Positions 29,273 through 37,880 of a stretch of 64,000 bases of DNA are shown piece by piece. How positions within the stretch are numbered: position 1 is the stretch's first letter; each line of letters opens with the position of its first letter. Both the position numbers and the translations under genes were made by a program. Location of the stretch: assembly GCA_963823035.1 (NCBI GenBank), contig CAWGKG010000012.1:160001-224000 (forward strand), given 5' to 3'. The notes below the pieces were generated by a model. It was not told the DNA's origin. It ran no database searches and saw only the letters and a list, made by a program, of their open reading frames with translations. The stretch comes from an uncultured Gemmatimonadales bacterium (GTDB lineage: Bacteria; Gemmatimonadota; Gemmatimonadetes; Longimicrobiales; Gaopeijiaceae).

Positions 29273-30709
29273 ATGCGTACGATTCGAGTGAGCTTCCTTT
29301 TCGCCTTCACGGCCGGCGCCGCGCTGTGGGCGTTGCCGGCCCGGGCGCAGCGGCCGACGCTGTCGGCCAACGTCCGGCAGTACGTCGCCGTCGACGACGA
29401 CGTGATCGCGCTCACGCACGCCCGCGTCATCGACGGCACCGGAGCGCCCGCGCTGCGGGACCGGACGCTGATCCTGCGCGGAGGCGACATCGCCGCCCTC
29501 GGTCCCTCTTCGGATGTACAGGTTCCGGCCGGCGCCCGGATCATCGACCTGACGGGGAAGTCCGTGATCCCCGGTCTGGTCATGCTGCACGAGCACCTCT
29601 ATTACCCGACCGGCCCCGGGGTCTATGGCAACCTGACGGAGAGCTTCACGCGCCTGTATCTCGCCGGAGGCGTCACCTCCATGCGCACCGGCGGCAACAT
29701 GAACGGGTACGGCGAGCTGGCCATCGCGCGGGCCATCCGGGACGGCGAGAAGCCCGGCCCCTGGATCGATGCCACGGCGCCCTACCTCGAGGGGCCGGGC
29801 CTGCCGCTGGGCCAGGTGCACGCCCTCGCCGGCGTGGACGACGCGCGCCGCATGGTCGACTTCTGGGCCGACGCGGGGGCGACCTCGTTCAAAGCGTACA
29901 TGCACATCACGCGCGCCGAGCTCGGCGCCGCCGTCGAGCGGGCGCACGCGCGCGGCCTCGAGGTCACGGGCCACCTCTGCTCCGTGACGTACCGCGAGGC
30001 CGCCGAGTTGGGCATCGACGACCTGGAGCACGGCTTCTTCGTCGCCACCGACTTCGTGCCGGGAAAGGAGCCGGACGTCTGTCCCGGCCAGGGCGAGGGG
30101 ATGGCCGCGCTGGCCCAGGTCGACCCGGCCGGCGCGGAGTTCGGCGCGCTCGTCGACTTCCTGGTCGAGCGGAACGTCGCGGTGACGTCGACGCTCACCG
30201 TGTTCGAGACGTTCGCGCCCGGGCGGTCGATGCCTCCGGGCATCGACGTGCTCGACCCGGCGCTGAGGGATCAGTTCGAACGGCGCTTCGCGCAGACCCG
30301 GAAGAACACGGACTCGCCGTATGCGAAGCTCCTCCCGCTCGACATGGCGATGGAGCTGCGCTTCGCGCGCGCCGGCGGGCTGCTGGTCGCCGGGACGGAC
30401 CCGACGGGCGGGGGCGGGGTGATCGCCGGCTACTCCGACCAGCGTCAGGTCGAGCTGCTCGTCGAGGCGGGCTTCTCACCCGAGGAGGCGATCGAGATCT
30501 GCACGCTGAACGGGGCGCGCTATCTCGGCCGCGCGGACCGCGTCGGCTCGCTCGAGGTGGGCAAGCAGGCCGATCTCGTCGTGGTCGGCGGCGACCCGAC
30601 GATGCGGATCTCCGACATCCGCAACGTGGAGATGGTCTTCCGCCAGGGCGTGGGCTACGACCCGGCCAAGCTGATCGCCTCGGTGAAGGGGCGCGTCGGG
30701 CTCTTCTGA
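29273..30709 (+). CDS. Amidohydrolase family protein (exported)
   Basis: Signal peptide. Motifs IPGLVMLHEH, GVTSMR, FKAY, TGH, LEHG, AGTD and GSLEVGKQADL. Confidence 0.9.
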   Translation: MRTIRVSFLFAFTAGAALWALPARAQRPTLSANVRQYVAVDDDVIALTHARVIDGTGAPALRDRTLILRGGDIAALGPSSDVQVPAGARIIDLTGKSVIPGLVMLHEHLYYPTGPGVYGNLTESFTRLYLAGGVTSMRTGGNMNGYGELAIARAIRDGEKPGPWIDATAPYLEGPGLPLGQVHALAGVDDARRMVDFWADAGATSFKAYMHITRAELGAAVERAHARGLEVTGHLCSVTYREAAELGIDDLEHGFFVATDFVPGKEPDVCPGQGEGMAALAQVDPAGAEFGALVDFLVERNVAVTSTLTVFETFAPGRSMPPGIDVLDPALRDQFERRFAQTRKNTDSPYAKLLPLDMAMELRFARAGGLLVAGTDPTGGGGVIAGYSDQRQVELLVEAGFSPEEAIEICTLNGARYLGRADRVGSLEVGKQADLVVVGGDPTMRISDIRNVEMVFRQGVGYDPAKLIASVKGRVGLF

Positions 30710-30739
30710 GGTCGGGCCGGCGCCCGCCTACGTTGTTCT

Positions 30740-30806
30740 CTCTGCGTCCTCTGCGGCCTCTGTGGTGAAAAGCGGTTCAACCACAGAGGCCGCAGAGGAC
30801 GCAGAG
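30740..30806. repeat. Perfect 27-bp inverted repeat built from 9-bp tandem units (REP-like)
   Basis: CTCTGCGTCCTCTGCGGCCTCTGTGGT (30740-30766), 13-nt spacer, ACCACAGAGGCCGCAGAGGACGCAGAG (30780-30806). Lies between convergent genes. Confidence 0.9.
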
Positions 30807-30854
30807 TCTTTTCAGGGGGGTGGGCGCCGGCCCTCGCCCGGCTCGCGCGCCCCT

Positions 30855-32228
30855 TCACCACACCAGGTGGAAGCGGTCCTGCCGACGGAACGCCCAGTGC
30901 CGCTCGCCGCTCCCGTCGAGGTAGGCCTCCTCCTCCTGGCGGCACGACGCGGTCGCTCCGCCCCACTCCGGGATGGGCACCGTCGCCTGCAGCTCGATGC
31001 TGAACCAGGTGGAGGGGCGGATCTTGGCGTCTCCGCGGCCGGGCACGCCCTCCTGCCGGTCCCACAGCCCGATGAGGGGCCCGGCGCCGTGGCCGTGGTC
31101 GCCGATCGGGTGGGAGTAGAGCGACCCGGTGATGCCCTCCTGCTTCATCCTTCCCAGCACGGCCGCGAGCGCCTCGTTCCCCGTGCGGCCCGGCGTCATC
31201 GCCTCGAGCGTGAGGTCCTGCATGCGGTTGCTCTTGGCCAGGCACGCCTTCAGCCCGGGCGGCGCGTCGGTCTCACCGTCCTTCAGCACGTAGCCAAGGT
31301 GCTGCGTGTCGGTCTTGAGGCGCTCACCGACCACGCCGAAGTCGGTCCACAGGAGGTCGCCCCGCCGGATGATCGCGTCGGGCCCCTCGTGCTCGCCGTC
31401 GGCCCGCTGCACGGCCACCGAGGGCTGGAACCACTGTCCGTAGCCGAGGTCGTTCACCTTCTGGCGCAACCACCACACCACGTCCTCCGTGGTCGTCTCG
31501 CCCGGCGTGATCACCGAGTTCGAGAACGCCTCGGAGATGAGCGCATGGACGGTCTCCTCGATCTTCCGGTACCGGGGCATCATCTCCGGCACGCGCACCG
31601 AGATGTAGTCGGTGGCGAGCTGCGGGATGCGCTTCACCCGCTTCAGGTACTCGGGACCGAGCGCCTTCTCCAGCGCCTCGCGCTCCCCGGCTCCGAGGCC
31701 GTCCGCGAACGCCCAGGTGTCGTCGATGTTCAGGACGATGTTCGCCGGATCCCGGTCCGCCACGATCTCGTGCAGGAGGCGCCACTGCTCGTCTCCCCAC
31801 AGCTCCGCCTCCTTTCCCGTCACGGTGGGATGCGGGGAGCGGTAGATCTGGAAGAGCCCGCCCTGGTCGCCGCCTCCGAGCGCGAGCCGCTCCACCGACC
31901 CGTCGGGCTCGCGCGTGAAGACGTAGATGGAGCGACGCCGCGCCGCGAAGGTGGTCGGTGAGATCATCGACCAGAACACGGGGTCCTCGCCGTACTCGCG
32001 CATCGACAGGATCCACATGTCGGCGCCGTACTCGGCCATGAGCCCGGGCAGCACCTTCGTCAGGCGCTGCTCCACCCACTGCTGCATCTCGGCGGCCTGC
32101 TCCCGCACCGGAGGGAGCGGGTGGTAGCGCGCCGGCGCCTGCGGCGGGACGTCGGCCGGGGCCTGGGCCGCGAGGGGGACGGCATGAGCCAGCACGAGGG
32201 CTGCGGCGACGCGAACGAGGGACGTCAT
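30855..32228 (-). CDS. M24-family (Xaa-Pro aminopeptidase-like) metallopeptidase, exported
   Basis: Signal peptide. Motifs REYGEDPVF, GDLLWTDFG, TDTQ, HPIGDHGHGAGP, FSIEL and QEE. Confidence 0.85.
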   Translation of the reverse strand: MTSLVRVAAALVLAHAVPLAAQAPADVPPQAPARYHPLPPVREQAAEMQQWVEQRLTKVLPGLMAEYGADMWILSMREYGEDPVFWSMISPTTFAARRRSIYVFTREPDGSVERLALGGGDQGGLFQIYRSPHPTVTGKEAELWGDEQWRLLHEIVADRDPANIVLNIDDTWAFADGLGAGEREALEKALGPEYLKRVKRIPQLATDYISVRVPEMMPRYRKIEETVHALISEAFSNSVITPGETTTEDVVWWLRQKVNDLGYGQWFQPSVAVQRADGEHEGPDAIIRRGDLLWTDFGVVGERLKTDTQHLGYVLKDGETDAPPGLKACLAKSNRMQDLTLEAMTPGRTGNEALAAVLGRMKQEGITGSLYSHPIGDHGHGAGPLIGLWDRQEGVPGRGDAKIRPSTWFSIELQATVPIPEWGGATASCRQEEEAYLDGSGERHWAFRRQDRFHLVW

Positions 32229-32299
32229 GATCGGTACGGGTTGAGGGGACCGGTACGGGGTGGTGACCCGCGGGTCCGGCAACGTAGGGGGAGCGACCG

Positions 32300-33532
32300 T
32301 CACCCCGCCACGAGGACCCAGCCGCTCACGACGAGCCACCCGGCGGCGATGAGCGCCAGCAGGAGGTACTCGACCAGGGGCGCCTGCTGACGACCGCGCT
32401 CCCCGTGGAACCACGCCAGCACCGCGGAGGCGAGGACCGCCGCCACCGAGAAGATCACCGTGAGGAGCTTGGAGTCCGCGGGCAGAAGGTCTTCGAGGGC
32501 GTCGGCCAGACTGATCAGCGTGATGGCCCCGCCCACCGCCAACAGCACGACCTGGGGCACCCGACGCTTCAGCAGCTCGGCCAGGTCGTTGCCGGGCGCG
32601 ACCCCATCGGCGGCCGGCACGGTGGCGCTCCCACCCTCGAGGATCTTCACCACGTCCACGGCGCGTGGGCGGTGCATCGGGTCCTTGGCGAGGCAGCGCT
32701 TGAGGAGGTTCGCCGTGGTCGGGTCGACATCGGGGCGGAGGGCGCGCAGGTCACGGGGCTCCTGGCGCAGGTGCGCCGTGATCCAGTCGGTGTTGGAGCG
32801 CGCCTCGTAGGGGCCCTCGCCGCACAGCAGCTCGTAGCCCAGCATGCCGAGGAGGTAGATGTCGGCCAACTCGGTCAACTCGGCGTCGTGGAGCTGTTCG
32901 GGGCTGATGTAGCGCAGCTCCCCCATGACCTGCCCGGTGCGCGTGAGCCGGGCGCCCTCGTCGGGACCCGTGGACAGCACGGCCGCGATGCCGAAGTCCG
33001 TGAGGAGCGCACGCCCGTTGTCCTCGTCCCAGAGGACGTTCCCGGGACGAATGTCGCGGTGGAGAAAGCCGTTCGCGTGCGCCACGGCGAGGGCGGAAGC
33101 CACCTCGCGCAGCACCTGTCGGGCCTCCGCGACCTCGAGTCGTCCCTCCGCCTTGAGGCGCTCCTCCATCGTGCGTCCCTTCACGAACTGCATCACCAGG
33201 TAGGGCGTCTGGTCGGGGAGCCGACCGAAGCGCTGGACCGCCACCACGTTGGGGTGCTGGGACAGCGACGCGGCGGCGCGCGCCTCGCGCTCGAAGCGCC
33301 GGCGGGAGGTCTCGTCGCCCGCGTGCTCCGCGTTGAGGACCTTGATCGCCACCAGCACGCCCAGCACCTGGTCGCGCGCGAGGTACACCGTGGCCATCGC
33401 CCCCTGGCCGAGGACCCGCAAGACCTCGAAGTCCGCCTCGAGGTCCGCGCGCACGGCGTCGAGGGCGTGGCGCTCGGATCGGATCACCCCGGACTCGCGC
33501 CGGCCCCGGGGCGTGGGGGGGGAGTTCTCCAT
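32300..33532 (-). CDS. Hanks-type Ser/Thr protein kinase with C-terminal 3-TM anchor
   Basis: LGQGAMATVY, VAIK, RFEREA, HPNVV, HRDIRPGN, DFG, YISPE and DIY. Hydrophobic tail after ELLKRRVPQV. Confidence 0.9.
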   Translation of the reverse strand: MENSPPTPRGRRESGVIRSERHALDAVRADLEADFEVLRVLGQGAMATVYLARDQVLGVLVAIKVLNAEHAGDETSRRRFEREARAAASLSQHPNVVAVQRFGRLPDQTPYLVMQFVKGRTMEERLKAEGRLEVAEARQVLREVASALAVAHANGFLHRDIRPGNVLWDEDNGRALLTDFGIAAVLSTGPDEGARLTRTGQVMGELRYISPEQLHDAELTELADIYLLGMLGYELLCGEGPYEARSNTDWITAHLRQEPRDLRALRPDVDPTTANLLKRCLAKDPMHRPRAVDVVKILEGGSATVPAADGVAPGNDLAELLKRRVPQVVLLAVGGAITLISLADALEDLLPADSKLLTVIFSVAAVLASAVLAWFHGERGRQQAPLVEYLLLALIAAGWLVVSGWVLVAG

Positions 33533-33555
33533 GGCATGGAGGATACACGTGATCC

Positions 33556-33610
33556 TTGACTTCGGACAGCGAACCGCCACACTGTATTAGTTAACTGATA
33601 CACTGATACA
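33556..33610 (+). promoter_or_regulatory. Promoter (TTGACT-N16-CACACT) and YtrA/GntR-type operator TGTATTAG-TTAA-CTGATACA with an extra half-site
   Basis: 20-bp near-palindrome at 33583-33602, then a second CTGATACA at 33603-33610. A YtrA-like regulator is encoded in the downstream operon. Confidence 0.7.
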
Positions 33611-33631
33611 CTCACCGACCCGGAGACGTCG

Positions 33632-34786
33632 ATGATCCGCCGAGCCGTCCTCCTCGCCCTCCCGCTGGCGGCGGCAGCGTGCGCGGCGCCCGAAGCGCCT
33701 CCGGAGGCTCGCGAGCTCGCGGTCATGGGGCTCGGAACGCCCCCCCTCCTCGAGATCGGCGTCATGGAGGGCGACGACCACTACACCTTCCAGGACGTGA
33801 CAGGGGTGCTCCGACTCCCCTCGGGCGAGGTGGTCGTGTCCGACGGAGGGTCGGGCGAGGTCACGCGCTACGCCGCCGACGGCTCGTTCGTCCGACGCTG
33901 GGGCGGGCGGGGCGAGGGCCCCGGTGAGTTCCGCGCCCTGTCGCGCGTGTACCCGTGGGCAGGCGACTCCATCGCCGCGCTCGACCAGGCGATCGGCCGG
34001 CTCTCGGTGTTCGACGCGGGCGGGCGTTTCGCGCGGCAGGTCGACGCCCGGGACGTTTCCGGCGACTCGCTGTTCGCGATGGACGTGTGGCTCTACGGCC
34101 GCTACTGGGTGGACGGAGCGGTCGATGCGGCCGCGCGTAGCCGGGTGCGCGCCGCTCTCGACCGCCTCCCGTCACCGACCGCGCCGCCCGGTTATCGCCT
34201 GGTGCGCGTGGCCACGGACGGTCGGTTGTGGATCCGCGAGCCGGCCGTCGAAGGCGACGGCAAGCGGGCCTGGACCGTGCTCGACCCCTCCGGGACGCCG
34301 ACCGCCGTGGTGGACGTCCCCGAGCGTCTCGACCCGCAGTACCTGGCGGCGGATCGGGTGATGGGTCGCTGGCGTGGCGAGAACGACGTGAACTTCGTCC
34401 GCACCTACGCCCTGGTGGACGCCGGCGGCGTGCGGCCGGAGCCCGCCTGGCTCGCATCCCCCGCCGCGCGTCCCGACGTGGCGGCGCCCGCGCAGGAAGA
34501 GTTCCTCGCCCTGATCCGGGGCTCCCTCAAGCAGATGGCCTCCGCCCAGGAGATCCACTACGCGACCCACTACACCTACACCGCCGAGGTGGACTCGCTG
34601 GAGTGGGAGGCCCCCGAGGGGCTGGTCGCGGACGTGGTGCGCGCGGGAACGCGCGGGTGGACCGCGGTCTTCACGCACCCCGGCCTCGACCGCATCTGCG
34701 GGCTCAGCTACGGCTTCAACGTGCCGCCCGGGTGGCAGCCCGGCGCCATCGTGTGCGGTCCGGCCGCCCCCGCAGCGGAGGGCTGA
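33632..34786 (+). CDS. Lipoprotein with beta-propeller-like N-domain and C-terminal pilin-like domain
   Basis: Lipobox AAAC, GGRGEGPGEF propeller motif, C-terminal LKQMASAQEIHY...GWTAVFTH...ICG...VCG. Confidence 0.75.
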   Translation: MIRRAVLLALPLAAAACAAPEAPPEARELAVMGLGTPPLLEIGVMEGDDHYTFQDVTGVLRLPSGEVVVSDGGSGEVTRYAADGSFVRRWGGRGEGPGEFRALSRVYPWAGDSIAALDQAIGRLSVFDAGGRFARQVDARDVSGDSLFAMDVWLYGRYWVDGAVDAAARSRVRAALDRLPSPTAPPGYRLVRVATDGRLWIREPAVEGDGKRAWTVLDPSGTPTAVVDVPERLDPQYLAADRVMGRWRGENDVNFVRTYALVDAGGVRPEPAWLASPAARPDVAAPAQEEFLALIRGSLKQMASAQEIHYATHYTYTAEVDSLEWEAPEGLVADVVRAGTRGWTAVFTHPGLDRICGLSYGFNVPPGWQPGAIVCGPAAPAAEG

Positions 34787-34791
34787 CGGGC

Positions 34792-35175
34792 GTGTTCGAC
34801 GGCGTCGACCCACGGAGCCCGACCCCGCTCTACGAGCAGATCGCCGCGCGCGTGCGCATGGCGGTCGCGGCAGGGGAGCTCGAACCCGGAAACGCGCTCC
34901 CCTCCGTGCGCTCCCTCGCCCGCAGGCTGCGGGTGAACCCGGCCACGGTGGTGCAGGCCTACCGGGACCTGGCTGCGGACGGGTTCGTGGAGCTCCGGCA
35001 CGGCCAGGGCACGTTCATCCAGGAGGTACCGACGTTCCTCCGTGACGAGGAGCGGACGGCGCAAGCGACCAAGCTGGTGCGTACGCTGCTTCAGGATGCG
35101 GCACGGCTGGGGATCAGGGTGGAAGAGCTGGCGCGCGCCCTCCATGCGGAAACGGGAGTCGACATCCGTGAATAG
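34792..35175 (+). CDS. GntR-family regulator (YtrA subfamily)
   Basis: PLYEQI, LPSVRSLA, VNPATVVQAYRDL and GQGTFI, with a short C-terminal helix. Confidence 0.92.
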   Translation: MFDGVDPRSPTPLYEQIAARVRMAVAAGELEPGNALPSVRSLARRLRVNPATVVQAYRDLAADGFVELRHGQGTFIQEVPTFLRDEERTAQATKLVRTLLQDAARLGIRVEELARALHAETGVDIRE

Positions 35176-36076
35176 TGCGATCGAGTTGACCGGCGTCGGG
35201 TGGAAGCCCGGCAAGTCGTTCGAGCTGAAGGACGTGAGCCTGCGGGTGCCGGCCGGGTCCATCTACGGCTTCCTGGGCCCCAACGGGTCGGGGAAGACCA
35301 CGACCATCCGCATCGTCATGGGGATGCTGAAGCCGGATCGTGGAAGCATCCACATCCTGGGCCGCAGCGTGCCGCACGACATGCCGAGCATCCTCGCTCG
35401 CATCGGATACGTGCCGGAGCGGCCGCACGTCTACCCGGCGCTGACCGTGGCGGAGCAGGTCCGCTATCACGCGTCCTTCTTCAAGCTGTGGGACGCGGGC
35501 TGGGCCAAGGAGCTCATGGAGCGGCTGGCGCTCGATCCGGAACGGAAGATCTCCCGGATGTCGAAGGGCGAGAACGGGAAGCTGCTGATGTTGCTGGCGC
35601 TCTCGCAGCGCCCCGACCTGCTCGTGCTCGACGAGCCCACGGACGGCCTCGACCCGGTCGTGCGTCGCGACGTCCTCGCCGCCGTGCTCGACTACGTGTC
35701 CGAGACGAGCGCCACCGTGTTCATCTCGAGCCACCTCGTGCACGAGCTCGAGCGCTTCTGCGACTGGGTCGGCGTCATGGACGACGGAAGGCTCGTGGCC
35801 GAGCTCCCGATGCAGGCCTTCAAGAACGGCATCAAGCGCATCAAGGTGGCTGACGCGCCCGCCTCTCCCCTGGAGCCGCCCTTCACGATCCTGGCACGCG
35901 AGCGCCTGAACGGCGCCGGAACGGAGACGTGGATCGTGCGCGGTTGGCAGGACCCCATGCGTGACTACTTCGACCGCGCGGGCATCGCCCTGCGCGACGT
36001 CGTCGATCTCGATCTGGAAGAGGGCTTCGTCGAGCTTCTCCGCTCGTCGCGCCCCCGGCCCCACTACCGGAGCTGA
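35168..36076 (+). CDS. ABC transporter ATP-binding protein (YtrB-like)
   Basis: Walker A GPNGSGKTT, signature variant MSKGE, Walker B LLVLDEP and SSH. Confidence 0.93.
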   Translation: MNSAIELTGVGWKPGKSFELKDVSLRVPAGSIYGFLGPNGSGKTTTIRIVMGMLKPDRGSIHILGRSVPHDMPSILARIGYVPERPHVYPALTVAEQVRYHASFFKLWDAGWAKELMERLALDPERKISRMSKGENGKLLMLLALSQRPDLLVLDEPTDGLDPVVRRDVLAAVLDYVSETSATVFISSHLVHELERFCDWVGVMDDGRLVAELPMQAFKNGIKRIKVADAPASPLEPPFTILARERLNGAGTETWIVRGWQDPMRDYFDRAGIALRDVVDLDLEEGFVELLRSSRPRPHYRS

Positions 36077-36079
36077 GCG

Positions 36080-36766
36080 ATGTACCAGCCAATGCTCTTT
36101 CTCCACTGGAAGCAGGTCCGCTTCGGCCTGCTCCCCTTCATCCTGGCGGCCTATGCCCTGCCGCTGCTGGCGGTTCAGGGCCTCGGCGCCAGGCCCGGGA
36201 TGGACGGCGCGTCGCTCATGGCGTACCGCGTGGTGTCGACATCTTCGCTGTGGCTCCCTGCGTTTCCGCTCCTGGCCACGGCCATCGGCGTGACGCTCGC
36301 GCTGTCGTCGTGGAACTGGGACCACCAGCTCGGCCACGTCTATGCGCTCAGCCTGCCCGTGTCACGCATGCGCTACGCGGTCCTCAAGATGGGCGCGGGC
36401 GCGGTCCTCGCGCTTCTTCCGGCCCTCGCCTTCTGGATCGGTGCGCATGTCGCGGTGGCGTCGATCACGTTGCCGCCGGGGCTGCACGCCTACCCGGACC
36501 AGCTAGCGATCCGCTTCCTGGCGGCCACGCTGGTGGCCTACGCCCTCCTCTTCGCGATGGCGGCCGGCACGATCCGGACGACCGTGTGGCTGCTCATCGG
36601 CGTGGCCGCCGCCCTGGTGCTGAGTGTCGTCCTGTCGCAGTGGGTCTTCCCACGCTTCGGCGTCCTGCACGACACCAACCTCGCGGCTTGGCTGATCCGC
36701 ATGCTCTCGCGTGTGCCCGGGCCCTTCCAGGTGTTCACCGGCAACTGGACGCTGATCGATGTCTGA
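36080..36766 (+). CDS. Membrane protein, probable ABC permease
   Basis: 5-6 TM helices and ALSLPVSR motif typical of ABC-2-like permeases. Follows the ATPase. Confidence 0.75.
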   Translation: MYQPMLFLHWKQVRFGLLPFILAAYALPLLAVQGLGARPGMDGASLMAYRVVSTSSLWLPAFPLLATAIGVTLALSSWNWDHQLGHVYALSLPVSRMRYAVLKMGAGAVLALLPALAFWIGAHVAVASITLPPGLHAYPDQLAIRFLAATLVAYALLFAMAAGTIRTTVWLLIGVAAALVLSVVLSQWVFPRFGVLHDTNLAAWLIRMLSRVPGPFQVFTGNWTLIDV

Positions 36767-37880
36767 CGCGCCCGGGACTCGCATCCGGGGGACGCTGCTG
36801 ATGCTCGCCGTCCTCCCGCTCGCGGGGCTCACGGTGCGTACGCCGGTCGGGGCGCAACAAACGGAGGAGGAGCTGGTGCGGCACCTCCACGAGCTCATGC
36901 CTCGTCTCGACTCGGCGCGCGCGGAGATGAAGGCGGCGCGCGCGAAAGCGAACGCACGCAACGCCCGCCGCCAGGTCCGCTCCGTGGACACGCTCATGGT
37001 GGGCCCGCTGCGCATCCTCACGCCGTCCGACGAGCATCGGGTCGCGGAGAGCTTCTTCCGCGACGTCTGGGAGAGAGAATACGCCTCCTTCGTCGACACG
37101 AGCCCGAACCTCGAGCGCACGACCTTCACCTTCCAGTGGGCCGCCGATCCCGGCACGATCCCGGTGGACGGCCCGGTGCGACACGTGGAGATGCTCGCGT
37201 GGCGACCGGCGGCGAGCGTGCGCGCGGCCGTGGTGGACGCGATCTCCATGGCGCTCGGTGACGACCTCCCCGACCCGATCGGGGCGTGGGCCGGCACCGC
37301 GGTGCGTGATCGACCCGAGGCCGCCGCCGCCGTGTTCAAGGAGATGACGGTCACGCCCTCCCGTTCGAACCGCGCCTGTCTGGCCGGACGGGCCGAGGCA
37401 TGCTGGACCTCCCTGGGGCTGGACCTGGATGCGACTCCGTTCGACGACTGGTACGACCCCGACGAACGACGAGCCTTCGTGGCCGCCTTCGGTCCCCGGC
37501 GGAGGGAGGCGTCGACGTGGGAGGCCTGCGTCCAGGCCCGGTCCACGGCGGCGTGCGACCTGTATCTCACGCAGGGGCTCCGGCATCCTCCGATCTCGAA
37601 CCGGGCGGCCCGTGTGGCGGCCCTCCGGCTCGCGCTCCGCGCCGGCGGCGAGGGAGCCTGGGATCGCCTGCGCGCCGATACGACGGCCACACCCGCCGAC
37701 ATGCTGCGCCATGCTTCCGGGCTGACCTCCCTGGAGCTGGCGACGCGCTGGCGCACCTGGATGATGGAGGGGGCGCCCCGGACCCGCGCGGTCCTGGACC
37801 CGCACCTGCTCGTCTATCTCATGTGGATCGTCGCCTTCGCGGCGCTCGCGACGAGGAGCACAAGATGGCGCCAACATTGA
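36759..37880 (+). CDS. Hypothetical exported protein with C-terminal TM helix and Cys motifs
   Basis: Signal-like N-terminus, CLAGRAEACW and CVQARSTAAC, C-terminal hydrophobic helix. Overlaps both neighbours. Confidence 0.7.
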   Translation: MSDAPGTRIRGTLLMLAVLPLAGLTVRTPVGAQQTEEELVRHLHELMPRLDSARAEMKAARAKANARNARRQVRSVDTLMVGPLRILTPSDEHRVAESFFRDVWEREYASFVDTSPNLERTTFTFQWAADPGTIPVDGPVRHVEMLAWRPAASVRAAVVDAISMALGDDLPDPIGAWAGTAVRDRPEAAAAVFKEMTVTPSRSNRACLAGRAEACWTSLGLDLDATPFDDWYDPDERRAFVAAFGPRRREASTWEACVQARSTAACDLYLTQGLRHPPISNRAARVAALRLALRAGGEGAWDRLRADTTATPADMLRHASGLTSLELATRWRTWMMEGAPRTRAVLDPHLLVYLMWIVAFAALATRSTRWRQH

